Under the pieces are notes generated by a model. The model had not been told where the DNA came from. It saw nothing but the letters and a program-made list of their open reading frames with translations, and made no database searches. A DNA stretch of 64,000 nt from NCBI GenBank assembly GCA_963822965.1, contig CAWGJT010000012.1:160001-224000 (forward strand), given 5' to 3'. The stretch is from an uncultured delta proteobacterium. GTDB lineage: Bacteria > Myxococcota_A > UBA9160 > UBA4427. How positions within the stretch are numbered: the stretch's first letter is position 1; every line of letters starts with the position of its first letter. A program made the position numbers and the translations under genes. This document shows positions 29,475 to 39,394 of the stretch, piece by piece.

Positions 29475-30692
29475 ATGATCCACTACATGACCACCAACGG
29501 CATCGGAAACGCGTGGGTCGGCAACGAGCTGCGCGTCCTCCAGCGCGAGGGCATTCCGTTCCGCCTGCATTCCCTCATGCGCCCGGAGTCGAGCTACTTC
29601 CTGGCCCCCGAAATCCGCGACCTGGCCCGCGCCACCCGCCACGTCTACCCCGTCTCGCCGCTTCGAATCGTCGTCTCCCTCGTAGCCGCGCCGCTTCTCT
29701 TCCGCAGGCACTTCTGGAGCGCCCTCGGAAACGCGCTGTTCGGGAAACGCGAGAGCCTCTGGCTCCGCGTGAAGGTCTTCTGGCACTTCGTGGTGGCCTG
29801 CGACTGGGCCCGCGCCCAGCGCGACCAGGACGTGACGGTCGTCCATTCCCAGTGGGTGAACTCGGGCGGCACCGTGGCGATGTACGGCGCCTGGCTCCTC
29901 GACCGTCCCTTCAGCTTCACGGGCCACGCCGCGGACCTGTTTCGCGGACGGGTCGCCCTGCACGACAAGATCCGCCGCGCCGACAACATCGTCTGCATCT
30001 CCGAGTTCCATCGCTCCTTCTACCTCGAGCACGGCGCCCGTCCGGAGCAGCTCCGTCTCGCCTATTGCGGCATCGATACGGCGCAGTTCTCCCTGCCGAC
30101 CAAGCCCCGTGAGAACGACGGCACGTTCCACATCCTCTCGTCGGGCCGCCTCGTCGAGAAGAAGGGCTTCGAGTACGTCATCGACGCCTGCCGCATCCTC
30201 GTGGACCGGGGGCTGCCGGTGCGCTGCACGATCGCCGGCAGCGGGCCGCTGCAAGAGGCCCTGCGCCGGCGCATCCGGGAGGCCGACCTCGCGGATCGCA
30301 TTACCGTGACCGGGGAGGCCATGATGCAGGAGCAGATTCCCGAGCTCATGCACTCGGCGGACGTCTACTGCCTGCCCTGCGTCTGGGCGTCGGACGACGA
30401 CGTCGACGGCCTGCCGCAGATGCTGATGGAAGCGATGGCCTGCGGCCTGCCGGTCGTGTCCACTCGCCTCGTGGGGATCCCCGACCTCGTGATCCACGAG
30501 TCGACCGGCCTGCTGGCGGAGCCCAACGACGCGCGGGGCCTCGCGGACTGCCTCCACCGGCTCCACGACGAGCCGGCGCTCGCCGCCCGCCTGGCGGAGA
30601 AGGGCCGCGAGCACGTGACCCGCGGCTTCGACCTCCGCAACTGCCTCGAGCCCCTCATCGACTACTACCGGTCCGCCCTGGAGCGCGCATGA
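29475..30692 (+). CDS. Glycosyltransferase family 4 (WcaL-like)
   Basis: GRLVEKKG, DGLPQMLMEAMACG. Confidence 0.9.
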   Translation: MIHYMTTNGIGNAWVGNELRVLQREGIPFRLHSLMRPESSYFLAPEIRDLARATRHVYPVSPLRIVVSLVAAPLLFRRHFWSALGNALFGKRESLWLRVKVFWHFVVACDWARAQRDQDVTVVHSQWVNSGGTVAMYGAWLLDRPFSFTGHAADLFRGRVALHDKIRRADNIVCISEFHRSFYLEHGARPEQLRLAYCGIDTAQFSLPTKPRENDGTFHILSSGRLVEKKGFEYVIDACRILVDRGLPVRCTIAGSGPLQEALRRRIREADLADRITVTGEAMMQEQIPELMHSADVYCLPCVWASDDDVDGLPQMLMEAMACGLPVVSTRLVGIPDLVIHESTGLLAEPNDARGLADCLHRLHDEPALAARLAEKGREHVTRGFDLRNCLEPLIDYYRSALERA

Positions 30693-31675
30693 TCATCTCC
30701 CAGACCCCCTATCGCGTGAGCTTCGCGGGCGGCGGGACCGACCTGCCCGCGTTCTACGAGAAGGAGCCGGGCGCGGTCCTGTCCGTCGCCATCCAGCAGC
30801 ACATGTACGTCACGGTGAGCCCACGCTTCGCTCCCAGCACGCGCGTCGCCTACACCGAGACCGAGATCTGCGACTCCATCGAAGACATCAAGCACACCAT
30901 CGCCCGCGAGGCCCTCCGGCTGACGGGGCTCGGCAAGCACATGGAGATCACGACGATCGGCGACGTCCCGGCGGGCACGGGCATGGGGTCGAGCAGCAGC
31001 CTGACCGTGGGTCTGCTGAATGCGCTCCACGCCTATCGCGGCAGGACGGCGAGCCCGTCCCACCTGGCCGAGGAAGCCTGCCGCATCGAGATCGACATCC
31101 TCCGCAAGCCCATCGGGCGCCAGGACCAGTACGCCGCCGCGTTCGGGGGCCTCAACTACATCACCTTCCATTCGGACCATTCCGTGGACGTCGACCCGGT
31201 GCCGCACCGCCCGGCCACCCTCAACGAGCTCGAGAAGCACGTCCTCCTTCTCTACACTCAGGGACAGCGCAACGCCGACGACATCCTCGCGAAGCAGAGC
31301 GCCGGCACGGGCGACCGGATGAGCGTGCTCCGGGACATGCGCGACCTGGCCAACGAGATGCGGATCGCCCTCACCGACGAGGGCGATCTCGGCGAGTTCG
31401 CACGTCTGCTGCACCAGGGCTGGCTGTTGAAGCGCTCGCTCGGATTCGGCATCTCCAACGAGGCCGTGGACGCCTGGTACGAGAAGGCACGCGCGGCCGG
31501 CGCACTCGGCGGCAAGCTCCTCGGGGCGGGCGGAGGTGGCTTCCTGCTGCTGATGGCACCCCCCGAACGCCACGAGGCCATCCGCGAGGCGCTGGCGAGG
31601 CCGCGCGAGCTGCCCTTCAAGGTCGACCGACGCGGAACACGGATCATCTTCATCAGCGATCGCTACGGATTCTGA
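30689..31675 (+). CDS. hddA: GHMP kinase, D-glycero-D-manno-heptose 7-phosphate kinase
   Basis: PYRVSFAGGGTD, GTGMGSSS, GRQDQY, GKLLGAGGGGF. Confidence 0.85.
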   Translation: MIISQTPYRVSFAGGGTDLPAFYEKEPGAVLSVAIQQHMYVTVSPRFAPSTRVAYTETEICDSIEDIKHTIAREALRLTGLGKHMEITTIGDVPAGTGMGSSSSLTVGLLNALHAYRGRTASPSHLAEEACRIEIDILRKPIGRQDQYAAAFGGLNYITFHSDHSVDVDPVPHRPATLNELEKHVLLLYTQGQRNADDILAKQSAGTGDRMSVLRDMRDLANEMRIALTDEGDLGEFARLLHQGWLLKRSLGFGISNEAVDAWYEKARAAGALGGKLLGAGGGGFLLLMAPPERHEAIREALARPRELPFKVDRRGTRIIFISDRYGF

Positions 31676-31720
31676 CGCGAAGGCCTCTCCGCGACGGGAG
31701 GCCGGGGGGACCATCTCGGC

Positions 31721-32848
31721 ATGCAAGTCCTGATTACCGGCGGCGCCGGCTTCATCGGATCCCACACGGCGGACGCGCTGCTACGTCGAGGCGATCGGGT
31801 TCGCGTCCTGGACAGCCTCGAGGAGCCCGTGCATCCCGGCGGCCGCAGGCCCGCCTATCTCGACCCGGAGATCGAGCTGGTCGTCGGAGACGTCCGGGAC
31901 GAGAAGGTCCTCCTCGACGCGATCCGGGGCTGTGACGCGATCTATCACTTCGCGGCCTACCAGGACTACCTGCCGGTCTTCAGCCGCTTCTTCGACGTGA
32001 ACGCCACGTCCACCGCGCTGATCTACGAGCTGATCGCGCGGGAGAACCTCCCCGTGCGGAAGGTCATCGTGGCCAGCTCCCAGGCGACCCTCGGCGAAGG
32101 CGCGTACCGGGACGCGCGAGACGAGCTCGTCCTGCCCGGTCTGCGCACGAACGAGCAGCTCGCCCAGGGCCTCTGGGAGATCCAGCCGCGAGCGGAGGCC
32201 GGCGAGCGGGGCCCGCTGCGGTGGGTTCCGACGCCCGAGACCGTCGCGAATCCGCAGAACCCGTACGGCATGAGCAAGATCGCCGAGGAGCAGATCGCCC
32301 TCAATCTCGGTCGGCGCTGCAAGATCCCGTCGGTCGCGCTGCGCTACTCGATCGTCCAGGGGCCGCGCCAGAGCTTCTACAACGCGTACAGCGGAGCCTG
32401 CCGGGTCTTCTGCCTGAGCTTCCACCTGGGTCGGACGCCGGTGATCTACGAGGATGGGAGACAGGTGCGCGACTTCGTGAACATCCGGGACGTCGTCGAC
32501 GCGAACCTGCTGGTGCTCGACGACCCGCGAGCCGACTACGAGATGTTCAACGTGGGAGGCGACCGACCCGTCGAGGTCGCGGAGTTCGCCCGGGTGGTCT
32601 CCGAGGTCTTCGAGGCTCCCGACTTCGAGCCCGCGCCGAGCGGCAAGTATCGCTTCGGCGACACCCGGCACATCTGCTCCGACATCACGAAGCTGAAGGC
32701 GCTCGGCTGGTCGCCCACCCGGTCTGTGCGCGACAGCGTCCGGGAGTACCGCGCGTGGCTGGAGGACTGCGACGTCCGGGACGACATCCTCGACTACTGC
32801 AACCGCGAGATGGAGAAGCTCGGCGTCGTGCGCGACGTCGCGAGCTGA
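31721..32848 (+). CDS. NAD-dependent NDP-sugar epimerase/dehydratase
   Basis: TGGAGFIG, YGMSK, RDFV. Confidence 0.9.
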   Translation: MQVLITGGAGFIGSHTADALLRRGDRVRVLDSLEEPVHPGGRRPAYLDPEIELVVGDVRDEKVLLDAIRGCDAIYHFAAYQDYLPVFSRFFDVNATSTALIYELIARENLPVRKVIVASSQATLGEGAYRDARDELVLPGLRTNEQLAQGLWEIQPRAEAGERGPLRWVPTPETVANPQNPYGMSKIAEEQIALNLGRRCKIPSVALRYSIVQGPRQSFYNAYSGACRVFCLSFHLGRTPVIYEDGRQVRDFVNIRDVVDANLLVLDDPRADYEMFNVGGDRPVEVAEFARVVSEVFEAPDFEPAPSGKYRFGDTRHICSDITKLKALGWSPTRSVRDSVREYRAWLEDCDVRDDILDYCNREMEKLGVVRDVAS

Positions 32849-32854
32849 ATCCGG

Positions 32855-33589
32855 ATGAGCGATCGCACGCCGGATCGAAAGGCGCTGGTGCTCGCGGCGG
32901 GCCGGGGCACGCGGCTCGCACCGCTCACCGACCGGATTCCCAAGTGCCTGGTCGAGATCGACGGACGGCCGCTGCTGGACTACTGGCTCGACGCCCTCGA
33001 GGCCTGTGCCGTCACCGACGTCCTGGTCAACACCCACCACCTTCCCGAGCCCGTCCGCTCCTTCCTGGCGCACGCGCGGGAGAAGCGGCCCTTCGCGATC
33101 CACGAGAGCTACGAGCCCGAGCTCCTCGGCTCGGCCGGAACGATTGGCCACAACGCGTCCTTCGTGTCGAAGGACGAGCTCTGCCTGATCGTCTACGCGG
33201 ACAACCTCTCGACGGTGGACCTCGGCGCCCTGGTGGCGTTCCACCTCTCCCACGAGGACCCCTGCTCCATGCTGCTCTTCCACACGAGCCGCCCGCGCGA
33301 GTGCGGCATCGCCACGCTGGACGACGCGGGCCGGATCGTGGAGTTCACCGAGAAGCCCGAGGCGCCCGCGAGCGACCTGGCGAACGCCGGGGTCTACGTG
33401 GTGGACGGAGCGCTCTACGCCGAGATCGCCGCCATGGGCGCCTTCGACATCGGATTCGACGTGCTGCCGCGTCTGGTCGGCCGCATGCGGGGCTACGCGT
33501 TCGAGGGCTTCCACCTCGACATCGGCAACCTCGAGGCCCTGGAGCGCGCCCGGCGCGAGGCGCCCTCGCTCTTCGGGAGTCACCCGTGA
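32855..33589 (+). CDS. Sugar-1-phosphate nucleotidyltransferase (HddC-like)
   Basis: LAAGRGTRL..PK, EKP; flanked by hddA and gmhB. Confidence 0.8.
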   Translation: MSDRTPDRKALVLAAGRGTRLAPLTDRIPKCLVEIDGRPLLDYWLDALEACAVTDVLVNTHHLPEPVRSFLAHAREKRPFAIHESYEPELLGSAGTIGHNASFVSKDELCLIVYADNLSTVDLGALVAFHLSHEDPCSMLLFHTSRPRECGIATLDDAGRIVEFTEKPEAPASDLANAGVYVVDGALYAEIAAMGAFDIGFDVLPRLVGRMRGYAFEGFHLDIGNLEALERARREAPSLFGSHP

Positions 33590-34155
33590 AGCGCGCGGTC
33601 TTCCTCGACCGGGACGGGACCATCATCGAGCAGGTGCATCACCTGGTCGACCCCGCGGACGTCGCCCTCATCGAGGGCGCCGCCGAGGGGATCGTCGCGC
33701 TCCGGGAAGCCGGCTACCTCTGCGTCGTGGTGACGAACCAGTCGGTGATCGGGCGCGGCATGCTCGGCGTTCCCGGCCTGCAGAGGGTCCACGAGGTCAT
33801 GAACGCCCGGCTCGCCGAGCGCGGCGCGCGCCTGGACGCGATCTACTTCTGCCCCGACGCCCCCACCCAGGACGACCGAACCCGGGTCGAGAGCCCCGAC
33901 CGCAAGCCGGGACCCGGCATGCTCCTGCGCGCGGCACGCGACCACTCGATCGACCTGTCCGCCAGCTGGATGATCGGCGACAGCGTCGGCGACGTGCTGG
34001 CGGGGCGCAACGCGGGCTGCCGTGCCAGCATCCTGGTCCGCTCGGGATACGGGACGCGATACGCGGACCGGCGGGAGACCTACGACCACCTCACCGACGA
34101 TCTCCGGAGCGCCGCGCGGCTGATCGTCGAAAGCGACACGGGAGAACGAGGATGA
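33586..34155 (+). CDS. gmhB: D,D-heptose 1,7-bisphosphate phosphatase (HAD IIIA)
   Basis: FLDRDGT, VTNQS, RKPGPGM, IGD; GTG start overlapping the upstream stop. Confidence 0.88.
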   Translation: MKRAVFLDRDGTIIEQVHHLVDPADVALIEGAAEGIVALREAGYLCVVVTNQSVIGRGMLGVPGLQRVHEVMNARLAERGARLDAIYFCPDAPTQDDRTRVESPDRKPGPGMLLRAARDHSIDLSASWMIGDSVGDVLAGRNAGCRASILVRSGYGTRYADRRETYDHLTDDLRSAARLIVESDTGERG

Positions 34156-35144
34156 AGATTCTGATCACCGGAGGCGCCGGCTACGTGGGCAGTGCCTGTC
34201 TCCGCTACGCCCGGGAGGCCGGGCACGAGGTGGTCGCCTACGACAACTTCGCCGAGGGCCATCCCGACGCGGTCGACGGCGCACCGATGATCCGGGGCGA
34301 CATCGCGGACACCGTCCGGCTCGTCCAGACGATCCGGGACTTCGCCGTCGACGCCGTCATGCACTTCGCGGCGGCGACCAACGTCGGGGAATCCGTCGAG
34401 AACCCCGACTACCACTACTCCAACAACATCGGGGGGACCCTCAGCCTGCTGCGCGCGATGCGGGAAGGGGGCGTGGACCGGATGCTCTTCTCGAGCACCT
34501 GCGCCACCTACGGCATGTCGCCCGTCTGTCCCATGAGCGAGAGCACCCCCCAGGCGCCCTTCTCTCCCTACGCCCGGACCAAGCTCACGGTCGAATGGAT
34601 GATCCGGGACTTCGCGCACGCCTACGGGCTCGGTTTCACCCTGCTCCGCTACTTCAACGCGTCCGGCGCGTCGCCCGACGGTCGATTCGGCGAGTACCAC
34701 GACCCCGAGACGCATCTGATCCCGATCGCCCTCCAGGTGCCGCTCGGACGGCGGGAGAAGCTCCTCGTCTACGGAAACGACTACGACACGCCCGACGGGA
34801 CCTGCCTCCGCGACTACGTGCACATCGACGACCTCGCGTCGGCGCACCTCCTCGCCATCGAGAGCACCACCCCCACCACCGCCGAAGTGTTCAACATCGG
34901 GACCGGCACCGGATGCTCGGTCCTCGAGATCCTCGACGCCTGCAAGTCGGTGGCCGGGAAGGACATCCCGTTCGAGGTCGTGGGCCGCCGGCCCGGCGAC
35001 CCGCCGGCCCTGGTCGCCGATCCGACGAAGCTCATGAGCCAGCTGGGCTGGAAGCCGCGGTACACGGCGATCGAGGACACCATCGCGACCGCCTGGAAGT
35101 GGCATCGGGAGCACCCGGACGGATACGGTCCCCGACCGGCGTGA
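34152..35144 (+). CDS. galE: UDP-glucose 4-epimerase
   Basis: TGGAGYVG, YARTK, LRYFNASGA, PDGTCLRDYVH. Confidence 0.9.
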   Translation: MKILITGGAGYVGSACLRYAREAGHEVVAYDNFAEGHPDAVDGAPMIRGDIADTVRLVQTIRDFAVDAVMHFAAATNVGESVENPDYHYSNNIGGTLSLLRAMREGGVDRMLFSSTCATYGMSPVCPMSESTPQAPFSPYARTKLTVEWMIRDFAHAYGLGFTLLRYFNASGASPDGRFGEYHDPETHLIPIALQVPLGRREKLLVYGNDYDTPDGTCLRDYVHIDDLASAHLLAIESTTPTTAEVFNIGTGTGCSVLEILDACKSVAGKDIPFEVVGRRPGDPPALVADPTKLMSQLGWKPRYTAIEDTIATAWKWHREHPDGYGPRPA

Positions 35145-35167
35145 GCCGGCGCGAGACGAGGACGCCC

Positions 35168-36280
35168 ATGGCCGGCGACGCGTTCTACCAGCTCCGCATC
35201 CGGAAGACCCGGATCTTCGCCGGCGTCGCGTTCCTTCTCGTCGTCGGGGTGGTGCTCGTGCTGGGAGAGCTGCTGGTCCGATTCGCGAACCCCCAGCCCT
35301 ACATGATGCCCCGGTACCAGTACTCGCCCCTCTACGGGCACGGCCTGCCTCCCAGCACCGTCATGACCGCCGCGCGGCCCGGCGAATGGGAGTTCCGCTA
35401 CACCATCAACGAGTACGGCTATCGCGGGCCCGCGATCCCCATCTCCAACAGCTACGACCGCACCAACGTCGTCGTGCTCGGGGACTCCTACAGCATGGGA
35501 GTGGGCGTCGGCGACGACGAGGTCTACTCCGCCGTCCTGTCCCACGAGCTCGGGGACTGCTTCGACGTCGTCAATCTCGGCGTCGGAGGCTACGGCCTGT
35601 CCCACGAGATCCGTCGCTTCTACGAGTTCGGTGTGCTCTACCGGCCCCGGGTGGTCGTCCTCCAGTTCTTCCACAACGACCCTTCCGACGACCTGGAGGA
35701 CCGGATCACCCGCGTCGAGGACGGGCGCTTCCGCTTCCGGCCCACCTCCCACCGCGTCGGCTGGCTCAAGCAGATGCTCTCCGACTCCGTGATCCAGTAC
35801 AGCCAGGTCTACAACCTCGCCCGCAACTTCGCCTATCGGACGGTGCGGAGCCGACGACTCGCCGACTCGGAGGAGGCCGTCGTCGCGACGCCGGTGGAGA
35901 CGACCGCGAAGGCCTCGGCCGCGCCGCAGCCGGGAGAGTCGCTCTACATCGATCTGCTCGAGGCGTTCGCAGACGACCTGCAGGAGCGGCAGGTCGACCT
36001 GATCCTGATCGCGGTGAACGGGGCGCTCGATCGCTTCCCGGCCATCGCGCAGCGGGTCGGCGAGCTCGACCGGGCCGGACGCCTGCACTACGTGGAGGTC
36101 GAGGGCTGGTTCGAGGGCGTGAGCGACTACGGCTCGCCGGAAGGACACAGCTGGGGTGCGAAGGCCCATCGGATCGTGGGCGAGAACCTGGCGCGGGTGA
36201 TCGTCTCGGAGGGCACCGGCCCCGGCGGCGCCTGGCCCCAGTGCGACGGCGAGCATCTCTCCGCGCGCGGGGCGCGCTGA
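35168..36280 (+). CDS. Membrane-anchored SGNH/GDSL hydrolase-like protein
   Basis: N-terminal TM; GDSY, NLGVGGY, ND and EGH blocks. Confidence 0.75.
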   Translation: MAGDAFYQLRIRKTRIFAGVAFLLVVGVVLVLGELLVRFANPQPYMMPRYQYSPLYGHGLPPSTVMTAARPGEWEFRYTINEYGYRGPAIPISNSYDRTNVVVLGDSYSMGVGVGDDEVYSAVLSHELGDCFDVVNLGVGGYGLSHEIRRFYEFGVLYRPRVVVLQFFHNDPSDDLEDRITRVEDGRFRFRPTSHRVGWLKQMLSDSVIQYSQVYNLARNFAYRTVRSRRLADSEEAVVATPVETTAKASAAPQPGESLYIDLLEAFADDLQERQVDLILIAVNGALDRFPAIAQRVGELDRAGRLHYVEVEGWFEGVSDYGSPEGHSWGAKAHRIVGENLARVIVSEGTGPGGAWPQCDGEHLSARGAR

Positions 36281-36310
36281 AGCGCCCTCGCCCCGGCGAA
36301 AAGAGCGCCC

Positions 36311-37294
36311 TCAGCCCGCCGTTCCGGCCCCCCGAGCCGGCGCCTCCAGACGGGACGCGGGCTCGCTCCGGCGCCTGCGGATGCGCTCGTTCTCCTCGGC
36401 GAGGACGCGCCGCTTTCCCCGCAGCAGGACTCGCCACTCGTACCGCCGGAGATAGCGCCGGTAGGCCTCGTCGCCCATGCGGGGCTCCCCGCGCCACATG
36501 GAGCGAAGATAGCCGTAGAGCGTCAGTAGGGCGCCCACCAGCACGGGCGACTGCGCCGAACGGTAGACGGTCGTGGCGAGCACGAAGGCCAGCGAGGAGC
36601 CGATGAACCAGCGCCCCGTTCCTGCTCGGATGCGACCGCGATAGACGTTCTGCTCGCTGGATCCCACCTCGCGACGGTGGAGGAGCCGGAGCTCCGGCCG
36701 GTCCTCGGACGCGGCGATCCAGCCCTTTACCCGACAGAGGTGACCGTCGATCCCGTCCCAGCCGACCGCTCGGGCAAAGCCTCCGATCTCCCGGAAGCAC
36801 GCCGTACGATAGAGCTTTGCCGGCCCCACGGAGTTCTCGTCGCCCCGCTTCTCGGGACTCATCCGCCCGTCCGGGTGACGGATGTAGACCTTCCCCGAGT
36901 AGGTACCGAGGCACGGGTCTCCCGCCATCTCGGCGAGCGCGAGCTCGAAATAGCGCGGGGGCAGCTCCAGGTCGCAGTCGAGCTTGCAGACGAAGTCGAA
37001 GGCATCCAGATCGATGGAGTCCGCTCCGGCATAGAAGGCGTCGATCACCCCTGGGCCCACCTTCCGCTCGCCGCGATCCTCGCGACGCACCACGCGGATG
37101 AAGGGATGGTCGCGAGCCGCCTGCTCCAGGATCTCCGGGGTCCGGTCGGTCGACCCGTCGTCCACGATCACCCAGAGATCCGGGGGTCGCGTCTGCGCCG
37201 CCATCGTGCGGATGGTGGCCTCGAGATGCACCTCCTCGTCCCGGCAGGGACTGATCACGACGAGCCGCACCGTTCCGGCTTCCCGAGCGCTCAA
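36311..37294 (-). CDS. Glycosyltransferase family 2
   Basis: SPCRDE, DDGSTD, KLDCD, GWD. Confidence 0.88.
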   Translation of the reverse strand: MSAREAGTVRLVVISPCRDEEVHLEATIRTMAAQTRPPDLWVIVDDGSTDRTPEILEQAARDHPFIRVVRREDRGERKVGPGVIDAFYAGADSIDLDAFDFVCKLDCDLELPPRYFELALAEMAGDPCLGTYSGKVYIRHPDGRMSPEKRGDENSVGPAKLYRTACFREIGGFARAVGWDGIDGHLCRVKGWIAASEDRPELRLLHRREVGSSEQNVYRGRIRAGTGRWFIGSSLAFVLATTVYRSAQSPVLVGALLTLYGYLRSMWRGEPRMGDEAYRRYLRRYEWRVLLRGKRRVLAEENERIRRRRSEPASRLEAPARGAGTAG

Positions 37295-37360
37295 GTCGCG
37301 AGATCCTCCTGAGAACGATGGTCCGACATCGGCGTCACGCGGCCGTGGACGGCACGCGGC

Positions 37361-38830
37361 TCAGCGCGAGCCGTCCCGGCCCCGAGCCCGCCCGGAGCCT
37401 AGGAGTGAGGCCAGGCGAGGCGGGCCGAGATCGGACGCGGGCACGGGCACGGAGTCCGGCGCCCGGCGGTCGGGCCGCACCGGCCCGGCCCGCGCCGGCT
37501 CCCTCGCCGACACGTAGGCCGGCAGGGCGCCTGCGAGCGCACCCGAGGAGAAGATCATGAAGTTCATCAGGAACGCATTCGGGATCAGATCGACGGCATT
37601 CACGATCACGATCATCGCCAGGCCGACCATCTCTAGACGAGCCGTCTTGCCCCGGATCGACCGGTAGCGCCGAGCGACCAGGAGCGCCGGAAGCGTCAAG
37701 AGACCGAAGTGCGTGATGAAGCCCGCCAGCCCCTCCTTGCCGAAGATGATGATCCAGTAGCCGTCGGTCGTGCTCAGGTCTTTGCCCGTCCTCTCGTCGA
37801 AGACCCGGTTGCGGTTCCAGCCGCCCCAGCCGAGGATCGGCCTCTCCAGGGCGTGGTCGAGAAGGAGATCCTCGTTGTAGAAGCGATAGCCCAGGGACGC
37901 GGCGCGCGTCGCGTCGATGTCCGAAGCGAGGGAGACGAGCGTGTCCGTCGGGAAGATTCCGAGCGCCCGGGTCACGGGATAGGTGAGCACGACGACCCCG
38001 AGGAAGAGGACGACGAGCGCCTGCCGTCTCGCGCCGGTGAAGAGCACGACGGGAAGGAGGAAGACGCCGTAGACGATGCTTCCCAGGCTCTTGCAGAGCA
38101 CCAGGACGACGGAGAGGTATCCCACGGCGGGGGTGAGCCGGAACCCGAGGATCTTCGTCCGCGTGCGATAGAGGACCGCGGCGGCCAGCAGCACGCTGAG
38201 CATGAATCGCCCCAGCGCGAGACCGTGATCCATGAAGACCATGGGACGCCAGCCGCCGAAGCGCTTCGCCTGGCTCCAGGACCGGTGGGCCGCGTATCCG
38301 TAGAGCATCTCGTGGAGCCTCGGGCTCATGCGGACCTCCCACAGGGCGAGGAGGCTGTAGCCCAGACCGGCGATGCAGATGAGCAGGAGGAGCTTCCGCA
38401 CGTCCTCGCGGCGACGCACGAGTGCGAGCCCCAGCAGGAAGGGGATGCAGAATGTGGTCGCGCGGACCTGGCTGATGATCAGCGCGTCGTAGAGCTTCAT
38501 GGCCGGCAGCTGACCGAAGGCGTCCCGGTTGACCAGCGCGGTCAGGTAGGGGATGACGAAGATCGCCGCGGCCAGCATGGAGAGCCGGGGATTCCTGCGC
38601 AGCCCCTTCACCAGGGCGGGCCGACGGAGGGCCAGCACCGCGACGAGCGCCAGCAGGGACGCGAGCCGCTCGCGGGTCAGCGGAGGCATCCCCGGCGGGT
38701 CCGGACCGATGCCGGTGGGCAGCAGGATGGCGGAGCCGAGGAGCGCCGCACCCGCCGCCAGGCTGGGCCGGAGGGTGAGGAAGAGCAGGATCGTCACCGG
38801 CGCCCAGAGCAGCAGAGCGAGATTGGCCAT
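37361..38830 (-). CDS. Wzy polymerase / O-antigen-ligase-like membrane protein
   Basis: Many TM segments; 'SLGYRF..E...RPILGWGGW...TDGYWI...GLAG'. Confidence 0.78.
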   Translation of the reverse strand: MANLALLLWAPVTILLFLTLRPSLAAGAALLGSAILLPTGIGPDPPGMPPLTRERLASLLALVAVLALRRPALVKGLRRNPRLSMLAAAIFVIPYLTALVNRDAFGQLPAMKLYDALIISQVRATTFCIPFLLGLALVRRREDVRKLLLLICIAGLGYSLLALWEVRMSPRLHEMLYGYAAHRSWSQAKRFGGWRPMVFMDHGLALGRFMLSVLLAAAVLYRTRTKILGFRLTPAVGYLSVVLVLCKSLGSIVYGVFLLPVVLFTGARRQALVVLFLGVVVLTYPVTRALGIFPTDTLVSLASDIDATRAASLGYRFYNEDLLLDHALERPILGWGGWNRNRVFDERTGKDLSTTDGYWIIIFGKEGLAGFITHFGLLTLPALLVARRYRSIRGKTARLEMVGLAMIVIVNAVDLIPNAFLMNFMIFSSGALAGALPAYVSAREPARAGPVRPDRRAPDSVPVPASDLGPPRLASLLGSGRARGRDGSR

Positions 38831-39394
38831 CGCGTTGGGCAAGGAATCCGCCTTCCAGATCGGTGGTGCCGGGCTCGATTCCCCTTCGGCCAGACGTGTT
38901 TTCGAGAGTAGCAGCGCGTCGGTCCGTCTCGGACGCCTGCAGCGCGCAAGGCAGCGCGCGCCCTTGCCCCCCCCTGGGGTCTCCGTCGAGTCGCCCTCCG
39001 CCCTCGGCCCTCGGCCGCCCGCGCCTTCGTGGCACGCCGCTGCTCGAATGGCCGCGCGGGCCGATCGTTGGACGCGATCTCTTCGCTGCGGTCGCTCGAG
39101 TGTGAAAGGTTCCTGTCGGATCGGAATCGCAGGGCCACGACGAGCACGATCCCGCACGCGGGGACGAATTGACATTCGCCCGAGCCCGGGGATCCTTCCG
39201 GCGCCCCCCGCCGCCGGAACGGTGCACGGTACTATTTTCCCGATTCTGTACGAACGATCACAACCTCGCCCCGGCCCGAATCCGAAGACTGGACTCGAAG
39301 CCCGTAGGGTCGGGCAGCAGCATTCGCGGGTCCCGATCGAGATTCGACCGATTGCGCTTTCGCCTCATGGCCAGTCAGCGAGTGGAGATGACCG

